A DNA stretch of 64,000 nucleotides, from contig CACLEJ010000001.1 in assembly GCA_902605865.1 (NCBI GenBank), forward strand, positions 44,903 to 108,902, read 5' to 3'. Below, piece after piece: positions 29,446 through 36,984 of this stretch. Origin of the DNA: an uncultured Pelagibacteraceae bacterium (GTDB lineage Bacteria > Pseudomonadota > Alphaproteobacteria > Pelagibacterales > Pelagibacteraceae). The translations under genes and the position numbers were made by a program. Position 1 is the first letter of the stretch, and each line of letters opens with the position of its first letter. The notes under the pieces are model-generated. The model was not told where the DNA came from. It was given only the letters and a program-made list of their open reading frames with translations, and did no database searches.

Positions 29446-30132
29446 TCAAGCAATATTATTCATCTCGTAAAATTTTTTGACCCTGCCTAAGAATAAATTT
29501 TGATACATCTCTAATTCTGCACCTTCTATTTTAAATTCCTGAAACAAAATATCTTTTGTACAAAGTAAAATTATCCCAGCTTTCATCTTTGTTCCATGAA
29601 CAACATCATGAGCTAGAGTATATGCTCCAAGTTGTAAAAAATAATCTTGAATATAATCTGTTTTTTTTGGTTTATTACTTTGTTTAAAATCGATTACAAC
29701 ATCATTTCCCCGATATACACCAATTAAGTCAGCTGTGCCTGCATATTGTTCAGGATAATACAACGTTTCTTCAATTCCATAAATTTCATCTAATTTATTA
29801 TCTATACCTTTTTCAATTATTTCTTTAGCCATATTTTTATATTGTTCATTGCTTTCAAAAAAACTTTCATTGATACGTCCTCTTAAGTAATCCTCTATAT
29901 ATGTGTGCATTGATGTACCTCTTGAGGATGCTTCTGTTTTAATTCTATTAGCTTCTTTAAAGCCTACCCTTTCCCTCCAGTTCGCTAAAGCAGCTTTTTC
30001 TTCCTCAGATTTAGTAGCACTTAAAATTGTTGTTACGCTTGGAAGTTTTTCTTCTCCCAAAGAGTATTTTCTATAACCATCCTCAATTGATCTTGTGGAC
30101 TTTGGATAAATAAATTTATTATTCCATTTCAT
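29446..30132 (-). CDS. PD-(D/E)XK superfamily nuclease (Cas4/RecB-like fold, no Fe-S cysteines seen)
   Basis: 228 aa. GTADLIGV...VVIDFKQS gives a D...D-x-K core, followed by QLGAY. The N-terminus LPSVTTIL is typical of phage-type or RecB-family exonucleases. Confidence 0.6.
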   Translation of the reverse strand: MKWNNKFIYPKSTRSIEDGYRKYSLGEEKLPSVTTILSATKSEEEKAALANWRERVGFKEANRIKTEASSRGTSMHTYIEDYLRGRINESFFESNEQYKNMAKEIIEKGIDNKLDEIYGIEETLYYPEQYAGTADLIGVYRGNDVVIDFKQSNKPKKTDYIQDYFLQLGAYTLAHDVVHGTKMKAGIILLCTKDILFQEFKIEGAELEMYQNLFLGRVKKFYEMNNIA

Positions 30133-30168
30133 GCATTTCTTATATGAGAAATTATATTTAAATTAAAT

Positions 30169-31266
30169 TTATTTTTTGGCTTGTCTAGGAAGGTCTTCAA
30201 GTTTTTCTACATTATCTGTTTTAAGGGCTTTTTCGAACTGCTCTGGATCTTTTATGTTTTCCAAAGTTCTCGTGATAGATCTTGCATCCATTCCAAACTT
30301 ATTAACAACAGCCATAGCTTCTTCTAATTTTTTATTTAACACTATGATATTGTCAAAATGTCTTGAAAACCTTGTGCTAATTGTTTTTAAATGAGTATAT
30401 ATCTCAGTTGCTCCCTTTTGAACTTTGAGGGATTGAAAACCCATATGTAAAGATTGTAAGTAAGCAGATAAAGTGTTTGGTCCACAAATTACAATTTTGT
30501 GTTTCCTCATTAATTCTTGAGTTAATAATTCTTTTGTGCTTGGGTCTTGATATTCGGTCAATTCTTTATACAAACTTTCAGTTGGTGCATAAACGATAGC
30601 AAAATCTGTGGTTTTTGGTGGGACTATGTATTTTTCATTTACACTTTTTGCTTTAGCTTTGAATGCTGATGCTAATTTAGCTCTTGCATCTGCAACTGCT
30701 CGTTTATCATCTGAATCATAGCCATCAGTGATTGCTTTAAATTTTTCTACCGGGAAGTGTGAGTCAACCGGAACCATAACATCACCTTGAAGTTTAATTG
30801 CAAATTCAACGTTTTCACTGGTATCCTCTTTCATTTTAACATTTGTCATGAATTGAGAGGCTGGCAATAAATCTTTAATTAAGGCATCCAAACTAAATTC
30901 AGCAAGTGTTCCATATTTTTTAACACCTGCTAAAATTTTACTTATACCTTCTTGGCTTTGATTCAATAACTGTACCTGTTGGTTAAAATTTCCAACTTTT
31001 TCATCTACTTTTGTTAAGGCTTCTGTCATATCTTTAGTAACACCTGTAGAAAGATTATTAAATGAAGTAGACATTGAACCTAATGAATTATTAATAGTGC
31101 TATTTAAAGTATCCTTTAAAGAGACGATTTCTGCTTTTAAATTAGCTATTTCCTCAGCCTCTTTGTTTTCACTCTCTTCTTTGGGTTTTGGTCTTAAATT
31201 CAAATATAAAACCCCTAGAGTTGCTCCAAGTAGTAAAAGTAAGATTATTAATAGAATCGTATCCAT
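30169..31266 (-). CDS. rmuC: DNA recombination protein RmuC
   Basis: 365 aa with an N-terminal TM helix, a coiled coil and a RmuC-type C-terminal domain. Confidence 0.82.
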   Translation of the reverse strand: MDTILLIILLLLLGATLGVLYLNLRPKPKEESENKEAEEIANLKAEIVSLKDTLNSTINNSLGSMSTSFNNLSTGVTKDMTEALTKVDEKVGNFNQQVQLLNQSQEGISKILAGVKKYGTLAEFSLDALIKDLLPASQFMTNVKMKEDTSENVEFAIKLQGDVMVPVDSHFPVEKFKAITDGYDSDDKRAVADARAKLASAFKAKAKSVNEKYIVPPKTTDFAIVYAPTESLYKELTEYQDPSTKELLTQELMRKHKIVICGPNTLSAYLQSLHMGFQSLKVQKGATEIYTHLKTISTRFSRHFDNIIVLNKKLEEAMAVVNKFGMDARSITRTLENIKDPEQFEKALKTDNVEKLEDLPRQAKK

Positions 31267-31288
31267 AAAGTTAAGATAATAGTGAGAG

Positions 31289-31966
31289 TTAAGAGCTAAG
31301 CAAGTTTAAAATTTTCTTCAAACCTTTTTTGTTACTTAATTTTTTATTGGACATTAAAATTGCAGTACTTTTAAGAATATTTCCATCTTTTAAAACTCTT
31401 AAATTATTTGCACGTAAAGTTTCTCCTGTGCTAGTTATATCTGATAAAATTTCTGATGAACCAGTGAATGGATATACTTCAGTAGCTCCAAGAGATGGGA
31501 CTAACTTAAATTGAGTTACACCTTTTGAAAATAAAAATTCTCTAGTTAGATTTGGATATTTTGTTGCAACTCTCATTCTGCTTTTCTTTTTATCTTTAAA
31601 TTCAAAGGAAATTTCCTCTAAATCAGCAAGTGTCTGAATATCAATCCACTCGTCTGGTACAGCCAGAACTAAGGTTGCATGTCCATATTCTAACTTTTTG
31701 GCAATAGTAACTTTATTTTGTATATTTAATTCAGATTCTTTTAATAAATCATATCCTGAAAAACCAATATCTAGAGATCCATCACCCAATCTTTCTATGA
31801 TTTCTCTTGCATGTAAATAAATAATTTTAATATTTTTATTTCCTTTTATATATCCAAAGAGGTCCCTATCGCCTCTTTCTGATAAAATTTTGAGCTTTTT
31901 GCTTTTAAATATATTTAAAGTATCTTTTCTTAATCGACCCTTGCTTGGAATGCCAATTTTAATCAT
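31289..31966 (-). CDS. hisG: ATP phosphoribosyltransferase, short (HisZ-dependent) form
   Basis: 225 aa, lacking the C-terminal regulatory domain. Located directly downstream of hisZ. Confidence 0.9.
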   Translation of the reverse strand: MIKIGIPSKGRLRKDTLNIFKSKKLKILSERGDRDLFGYIKGNKNIKIIYLHAREIIERLGDGSLDIGFSGYDLLKESELNIQNKVTIAKKLEYGHATLVLAVPDEWIDIQTLADLEEISFEFKDKKKSRMRVATKYPNLTREFLFSKGVTQFKLVPSLGATEVYPFTGSSEILSDITSTGETLRANNLRVLKDGNILKSTAILMSNKKLSNKKGLKKILNLLSS

Positions 31967-33008
31967 TTAAACTTATTGCACCTCCAACTGCCGGTATTTT
32001 ATTTGAAGATCCTAAATCAGAAATAAGATTGTCATAACGACCTCCATTTACCTGAATTTTTCTAGAGTTTGAATTTATTGTAATTTTAAATACCATCCCA
32101 GTGTAATATTCCAGATGTCTTCCAAAAGAAGATGAAAAATTTACATTTAATTTTGAGACCTTATCTTTTGTGATTGGAAAATAATTTTTTCCAACAGTAA
32201 GATTGATTTTATTTTTTTTAAAAAAAGCATTTAAAGTAGTTGCTGCATTACTAATTTTGCAATTAATTTTTAAATATTCCCTTATAATCTTTACTACATT
32301 TTGACCACTTACTTGTCTTCTAGGATCTTTTATTTTGTTATCAAATCTGATGAGTATTTCTCTTAAGGAACGCCCTGCTATATTTCTGTTTAGATTTTGT
32401 TTACATAGTTTAAGGTATCTTTTTTTGTCTAACTCAACGATAGTTTCATCAACATCTGAATTAGTCTCTAAACGTCTTAATAATTCATTAAAATAAGCCT
32501 CTCGCCAAAAATGTCTTTGTAACCTAAGTTTCCATCTTTTTGGAATATCTAATTTATTTATCAATAAGTGAAATATTTCTACATTTCCTATTGTTATACT
32601 CCCAGACTTATATCTAAATTTATTTAAAACTTTAATACCAGTATTTATTATTTGCTTATCATCTCTTTTTTCATCTTTTGATCCTATGATCTCGAAACCT
32701 ATTTGATCTCTAATAATTTTTTCATTTTTTTTCTGAACTTTTCTGAATGCTTGACCATTATAAAATACTTTTGAAGATTTCTTTTTTTTTTGATTGAGAT
32801 ATTTGATACAAGAAGCAATAGTTAAATCAGGTCTTAAACAAATTTCCTTTCCATTCTGATCCATAAATGAAAAAATTAAACTTCTAAATGACTCTCCAGA
32901 TCTCTCGAGAATTAGATTGGTTGGAATGACCGTATCTAAATCTATATAATCAAATCCACTTGATTTTAAAGATTTAAGTATATTTTCAGATAATTTTTTT
33001 GACTTCAT
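31959..33008 (-). CDS. hisZ: ATP phosphoribosyltransferase regulatory subunit (HisRS paralog)
   Basis: 349 aa class-II aaRS-like core without an anticodon-binding domain, between hisS and hisG. Confidence 0.82.
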   Translation of the reverse strand: MKSKKLSENILKSLKSSGFDYIDLDTVIPTNLILERSGESFRSLIFSFMDQNGKEICLRPDLTIASCIKYLNQKKKKSSKVFYNGQAFRKVQKKNEKIIRDQIGFEIIGSKDEKRDDKQIINTGIKVLNKFRYKSGSITIGNVEIFHLLINKLDIPKRWKLRLQRHFWREAYFNELLRRLETNSDVDETIVELDKKRYLKLCKQNLNRNIAGRSLREILIRFDNKIKDPRRQVSGQNVVKIIREYLKINCKISNAATTLNAFFKKNKINLTVGKNYFPITKDKVSKLNVNFSSSFGRHLEYYTGMVFKITINSNSRKIQVNGGRYDNLISDLGSSNKIPAVGGAISLND

Positions 33009-34380
33009 TTATTAAATCTTTCTTGGGAATTGTTTTGTTGTTCTCACCCTTTACACCCTTTAAATTTTTAATGGTCACTGTATTATCTTTAAATTCATTT
33101 TCTCCACAGATTACTGCAACTGGTAATTGGCGTTTGTTTGCATAAGTAAGCTGCTTACCAAGATTTTTTTTGGTATCTAAAAATATTTCAGAATTAATAT
33201 TGTTTTGTCTTAAAAGATCTAAAATTTCGTAGTAGTTTTTTAAGTATTTTTTATCCATCACACACACTAAAACTGGTTTTTGTTCATATAATTGAAACTG
33301 ATCTAATTGCATTAATGCAAACAAAAGTCTATCTACACCAAAACTTATACCTGTACCTGGAATATCAACTCCTTTAAACCTTGAAATAAGTTTCGCATAG
33401 GCCCCACCCGAACAAATACTGCCAATATTTACCTCTTTACCTTTATTATTTGTAACTTTAAAATTTAAATTAGTTTCAACGATGAAATCAGAATAATACG
33501 CCAAGCCTCTGACAATTGTGAAGTTGGTTTTGACTTGATCTAAGTTTGATCCATATCCAAGGATTTCAAAAAAGTCTTCTAATTCCTTAATTCCTTCTTG
33601 CGATAGAGAATTTTTTAAATTTTGTTTCAGTTCATTTAAATCTTTAATTTTTAAATAATCTAATATTTTAGAAACCTGCTTATCATTTAAGTCTGCACCT
33701 TTTGTAATAGCGCCACTATTATCTTTTCTTTCCTTTCTCAAAAGGTCCTCTACACCTTTTATTCCAAATCCAGGCTTATCAAGTTTATCAATTGCCCTAA
33801 TAACTTTTAATTGTTTTTCCTCAGTTATTTCTAATTCATCTAGTAAACCTTGAACTATTTTTCTGTTACTTACATTGATTGTAAACTGATCTTTCTTTAA
33901 TCCACATTCTAAAAGTGTTGCTGAAATTAAATTACAAAGTTCAGCGTTAGCTTGTGATGAACTAACATTTCCTACAATATCAAAATCTGCCTGCAAAAAT
34001 TCTCTATATCTTCCATTGCCTGCCTTTTCATTACGAAATACATTTTGAATAGCATATCTTTTATAAATTGAAGGCAACTCTTGATTATTTTGAGCAACAA
34101 ATCTTGCAAGAGGGCTAGATAGGTCATATCTAAGGGTAATATTTTTATCTCCATCTTTAAATGAGAATACATCAGACATAGGATTAGCTTCATCTTCTGC
34201 TAGAAAAGATCCTATATTTTCACTTATTTCGAACGATGGTGTTTCGAGTGGTTCAGCACCAAACTTAATAAAATTATTCTCAATTACTGATAACAGCTTT
34301 TTTTTGAGAAGAAGTTTCTTATCCCAACGATCTTCAAATCCTGAAGGCAACCCAGGTATTAATTTATTTTCTTTATTCAT
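32986..34380 (-). CDS. hisS: Histidine--tRNA ligase
   Basis: Class II aaRS with an anticodon-binding domain. Start taken at ATG 34380 (MNKENKLIPGLPSGFEDRW). The longer track ORF (start 34428) would run through the tRNA-His gene. Confidence 0.9.
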   Translation of the reverse strand: MNKENKLIPGLPSGFEDRWDKKLLLKKKLLSVIENNFIKFGAEPLETPSFEISENIGSFLAEDEANPMSDVFSFKDGDKNITLRYDLSSPLARFVAQNNQELPSIYKRYAIQNVFRNEKAGNGRYREFLQADFDIVGNVSSSQANAELCNLISATLLECGLKKDQFTINVSNRKIVQGLLDELEITEEKQLKVIRAIDKLDKPGFGIKGVEDLLRKERKDNSGAITKGADLNDKQVSKILDYLKIKDLNELKQNLKNSLSQEGIKELEDFFEILGYGSNLDQVKTNFTIVRGLAYYSDFIVETNLNFKVTNNKGKEVNIGSICSGGAYAKLISRFKGVDIPGTGISFGVDRLLFALMQLDQFQLYEQKPVLVCVMDKKYLKNYYEILDLLRQNNINSEIFLDTKKNLGKQLTYANKRQLPVAVICGENEFKDNTVTIKNLKGVKGENNKTIPKKDLINEVKKII

Positions 34381-34384
34381 TTTT

Positions 34385-34459
34385 TGGTACCCTGGCTTGG
34401 AATTGAACCAAAAACTAAAGTTCCACAAACTTTCGTGATAACCATTTCACCACCAGGGC
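34385..34459 (-). tRNA. tRNA-His (GUG), A73 discriminator, G1:U72, encoded CCA
   Basis: 75-nt cloverleaf on the minus strand. Acceptor GCCCTGG/CCAGGGT, D arm GTGA/TCAC, anticodon stem AAAGT/ACTTT with loop TTGTGGA, T arm TTTGG-TTCAATT-CCAAG, 3' ACCA. Confidence 0.93.
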
Positions 34460-34507
34460 CTGTTGTTGTTTTATACTAATTAGAGTTAAATTTAAATTTT
34501 AAAATAG

Positions 34508-34582
34508 TTAAATAGCTAGCTGCAAGCCAGCATGAAAATGATGTCTTTTGTGAGATACTAAAATTTTACTATTTTTAATCAT
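34508..34582 (-). promoter_or_regulatory. Candidate His-rich leader peptide ORF (MIKNSKILVSHKRHHFHAGLQLAI)
   Basis: ATG at 34582 to TAA at 34510-34508, 24 codons. Four His codons fall within 7 positions (34552-34532). Same strand as, and 49 nt upstream of, tRNA-His-hisS-hisZ-hisG. No clear Shine-Dalgarno sequence. Confidence 0.3.
34515..34531 (-). terminator. Terminator/attenuator-like hairpin inside the 3' end of the candidate leader ORF
   Basis: Minus strand reads GCTGGCT-TGC-AGCTAGC, a 7-bp stem with one G-U. It is the most GC-rich element of the spacer and is followed by TATTTAACTATTTTAAAATTT. Confidence 0.35.
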
Positions 34583-34594
34583 GGAAGTTAAATA

Positions 34595-34614
34595 GCATTT
34601 TAGACTTAAAATGC
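34595..34614 (-). terminator. Hairpin plus T-rich tail downstream of csp
   Basis: Minus strand reads GCATTTTA-AGTC-TAAAATGC, a perfect 8-bp stem followed by TATTTAACTT. Confidence 0.4.
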
Positions 34615-34624
34615 AAGTATGTAT

Positions 34625-34667
34625 TGTATAGGAATATTCATAGGGTTTACCTACTTTTATTCCTATA
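34625..34667 (-). repeat. Perfect 11-bp inverted repeat with 21-nt loop, 24 nt after the csp stop
   Basis: GTATAGGAATA (34625-34635) and TATTCCTATAC (34657-34667) are exact reverse complements. Confidence 0.6.
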
Positions 34668-34690
34668 CAAAATTTTAAATGAAATAAATT

Positions 34691-34903
34691 TTAAGAAGTT
34701 TTCTTTAAATTCACTGCGCTTGGACCTTTATCTCCATCCTGAATTTCAAATTCTACAGCGTCGTTCTCATTCAAAAAACGAAGTCCTGCTTCACGAACTG
34801 CGCTTGCATGAACGAAACAATCTTTTTCTCCGTCTTCTCTTTCTATAAACCCGTAGCCCTTCTTACCGTTGAACCACTTTACTTTTCCTTTTAATGTACT
34901 CAT
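34691..34903 (-). CDS. cspA: Cold-shock protein (CspA family)
   Basis: 70 aa with [16 protein letters not shown] (RNP1) and CFVHAS (RNP2). Confidence 0.95.
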   Translation of the reverse strand: MSTLKGKVKWFNGKKGYGFIEREDGEKDCFVHASAVREAGLRFLNENDAVEFEIQDGDKGPSAVNLKKTS

Positions 34904-35021
34904 ACTTTTCTTTTACTCTTTCTTTATTATATTAAACTTAGCTAAACTTCAGCTAGCGGGATAGTTATTAGATTTTAAAATTGAATGCAAGCATTTTTGC
35001 TGCAAGGTTTTATTTCTAAAA

Positions 35022-35097
35022 TGGTGGCTTCGGCGGGACTCGAACCAGCGACACAAGCCTTTTCAGGGCTCTGCTCTACCAACTGAGCTACGAAGCC
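35022..35097 (-). tRNA. tRNA-Phe (GAA)
   Basis: 76 nt on the minus strand: GGCTTCGTAGCTCAGTTGGTAGAGCAGAGCCCTGAAAAGGCTTGTGTCGCTGGTTCGAGTCCCGCCGAAGCCACCA. Anticodon loop CTGAAAA. Confidence 0.95.
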
Positions 35098-35102
35098 ATT
35101 AT

Positions 35103-35318
35103 TTAAAACCTAAAAATAATTCTTCCTTTTGTCAAATCATAAGGTGTTACTTCGACTGTTACATTATCACCTTGAAGAACTCTAATCCTATTCTTCCTCA
35201 ACTTTCCAGCTGTGTGAGCTGTAACAATATGATTATTTTCAAGCTTTACTCGGAACATGGCATTAGGTAATAAATCGATTACTTTACCTTTAAATTCCAA
35301 TAAATCTTGTTTCGACAA
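35103..35318 (-). CDS. infA: Translation initiation factor IF-1
   Basis: 71 aa, near-canonical IF-1 sequence ([44 protein letters not shown]). Confidence 0.96.
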   Translation of the reverse strand: MSKQDLLEFKGKVIDLLPNAMFRVKLENNHIVTAHTAGKLRKNRIRVLQGDNVTVEVTPYDLTKGRIIFRF

Positions 35319-35324
35319 ATTTTG

Positions 35325-36590
35325 TTACTCCTTATTTATTCTAGATTTTATACTCAAAGCATGACCTTTTAATTCTTCATACTCAGCGAGATGTGTAGCG
35401 TATTCTCCTATTTTCTCAACACCTTTTTTTGAAAGAGTTATAAGGCTAATTTTTTTATAAAATTCACTTAAACTTAACCCTGATGAAAATTTAGCTGATG
35501 CATTAGTTGGTAATACATGATTTGTCCCAACAGCATAGTCGCTTAATGCCATAGGAGAATATTTTCCTATACAAATACTTCCCGCATTAACAATTTTATC
35601 TTTATATTTTTTATAATTGCCAACATTTATTTCTAAGTGTTCAGGAGCTATCTCATTAATTGCATCAATAATTTGTCTATCATTATATACTTTTAAAATT
35701 AGTCCATTACTTTTTATACTTTTAGTGGCAATACTTTGCCTTGGTATCTGTTTTAATTTTAATTCTAAATCTTTTTTGAATTTTTTAATCAAATTTAAAT
35801 CCTTGGTAATTAATATACACTGTGAATTTGAGTCATGTTCTGCCTGGCCAATCATAGATGTGGTAACTTCATTTAAACTAGTTTTGCTATCTGCTAATAT
35901 TGTTATTTCAGATGGGCCTGCAATCATTCCTTCAATGCCTACATCTCCAAAAACTTGTCTTTTAGCACCAGCTACAAAGATATTGCCAGGACCAACAATT
36001 TTATTTACTTTTTGAATATAAGCTAAACTACCTATGGCTTGTGCGCCTCCCATTGAATAAATTTCATTAATTCCTAATTTTTTTGCTGCATATAAAACTG
36101 CAGGATTTAATTTTCCATTATTTTTTGGATTTGCTAGTACAATTCTTTTTACACCCGCTATTTTTGCTGGAATAGCATTCATTAACAAAGTTGATGGTAA
36201 GTTTGATGGAACATAAATGCCGATAGATTGAATTGGTACGTATTTATATTCTATTTTATTATTTAAATTATCTTTATAAAAAATGTCTTTAGTTTTTTGT
36301 GCAGTATGAAATTTAAGTATACGTTTATAAGCAAAATCTATAGCTCTTTTAATTGTAGGATCTAAAGATTTAATTGCTTTATTAATTTGCTTAATACCTG
36401 GCTTAATTTGACTGTTTTTACTAAATTTTTTCTCATATTTTAAAAGACTTTTATTTTTATTGTTCTTAATATCTTTTAAAATTTTAGATATTATTTTATT
36501 TTCATTTTTTTTTTCAGACCTTCTTAAATCTAAAAATTTTGTTAAAACATTTAAGTAATTTTTTTTATTACAATTAATTATTTTTATCAT
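35325..36590 (-). CDS. hisD: Histidinol dehydrogenase
   Basis: 421 aa with GQAEHDSNSQ and GTNHVLPT motifs. Confidence 0.92.
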   Translation of the reverse strand: MIKIINCNKKNYLNVLTKFLDLRRSEKKNENKIISKILKDIKNNKNKSLLKYEKKFSKNSQIKPGIKQINKAIKSLDPTIKRAIDFAYKRILKFHTAQKTKDIFYKDNLNNKIEYKYVPIQSIGIYVPSNLPSTLLMNAIPAKIAGVKRIVLANPKNNGKLNPAVLYAAKKLGINEIYSMGGAQAIGSLAYIQKVNKIVGPGNIFVAGAKRQVFGDVGIEGMIAGPSEITILADSKTSLNEVTTSMIGQAEHDSNSQCILITKDLNLIKKFKKDLELKLKQIPRQSIATKSIKSNGLILKVYNDRQIIDAINEIAPEHLEINVGNYKKYKDKIVNAGSICIGKYSPMALSDYAVGTNHVLPTNASAKFSSGLSLSEFYKKISLITLSKKGVEKIGEYATHLAEYEELKGHALSIKSRINKE

Positions 36591-36984
36591 TAGCTATTTT
36601 TTGATCCTCTAATGTCACTTCAATTACTTCAGCGGCAAGAGTTATAATTCTATTTTTCGAAAATAACATAGTTATTTCAAAATTCTCCCCTTTCTTAAAA
36701 ATATCAATTGTTAATAGTTCCAATGTTAGATTAGTGTCATTTTGGTCTATATTCTTAGATTTTGAGGAATTAATAAATTCAAATTTGATAATACTATTTA
36801 TCAATTTATTTTTATTTTCCTCTTCTTTACTAAATCTTGCTATTGAAATTAGGAAAATTTTGTTAGAAGCTAAATATTTAACATCGTCAATATTAACTTT
36901 ACCCTCAGAGCAGCAAGCTGAAATGATATGAAGATCTTCAGGAGTTTGTGCAATTATCTTTTTTAAATACTGGTTTTCCATCAA
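36574..36984 (-). CDS. DUF2948-like conserved hypothetical protein
   Basis: 136 aa, lying in the alphaproteobacteria-typical slot between murA and hisD. The family call rests on synteny and size. Confidence 0.6.
   Translation of the reverse strand: MMENQYLKKIIAQTPEDLHIISACCSEGKVNIDDVKYLASNKIFLISIARFSKEEENKNKLINSIIKFEFINSSKSKNIDQNDTNLTLELLTIDIFKKGENFEITMLFSKNRIITLAAEVIEVTLEDQKIANDKNN

Noticed and set aside
34381-34428. N-terminal extension of hisS to the ATG at 34428 (MWNFSFWFNSKPGYQK...)
   Set aside because: It would be translated through the tRNA-His gene. HisRS family N-termini align with the start at 34380.
34624-34848. 74-aa plus-strand ORF across the csp region
   Set aside because: It is antisense to an unmistakable CspA-family gene and runs through the inverted repeat. 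No motifs were recognised.
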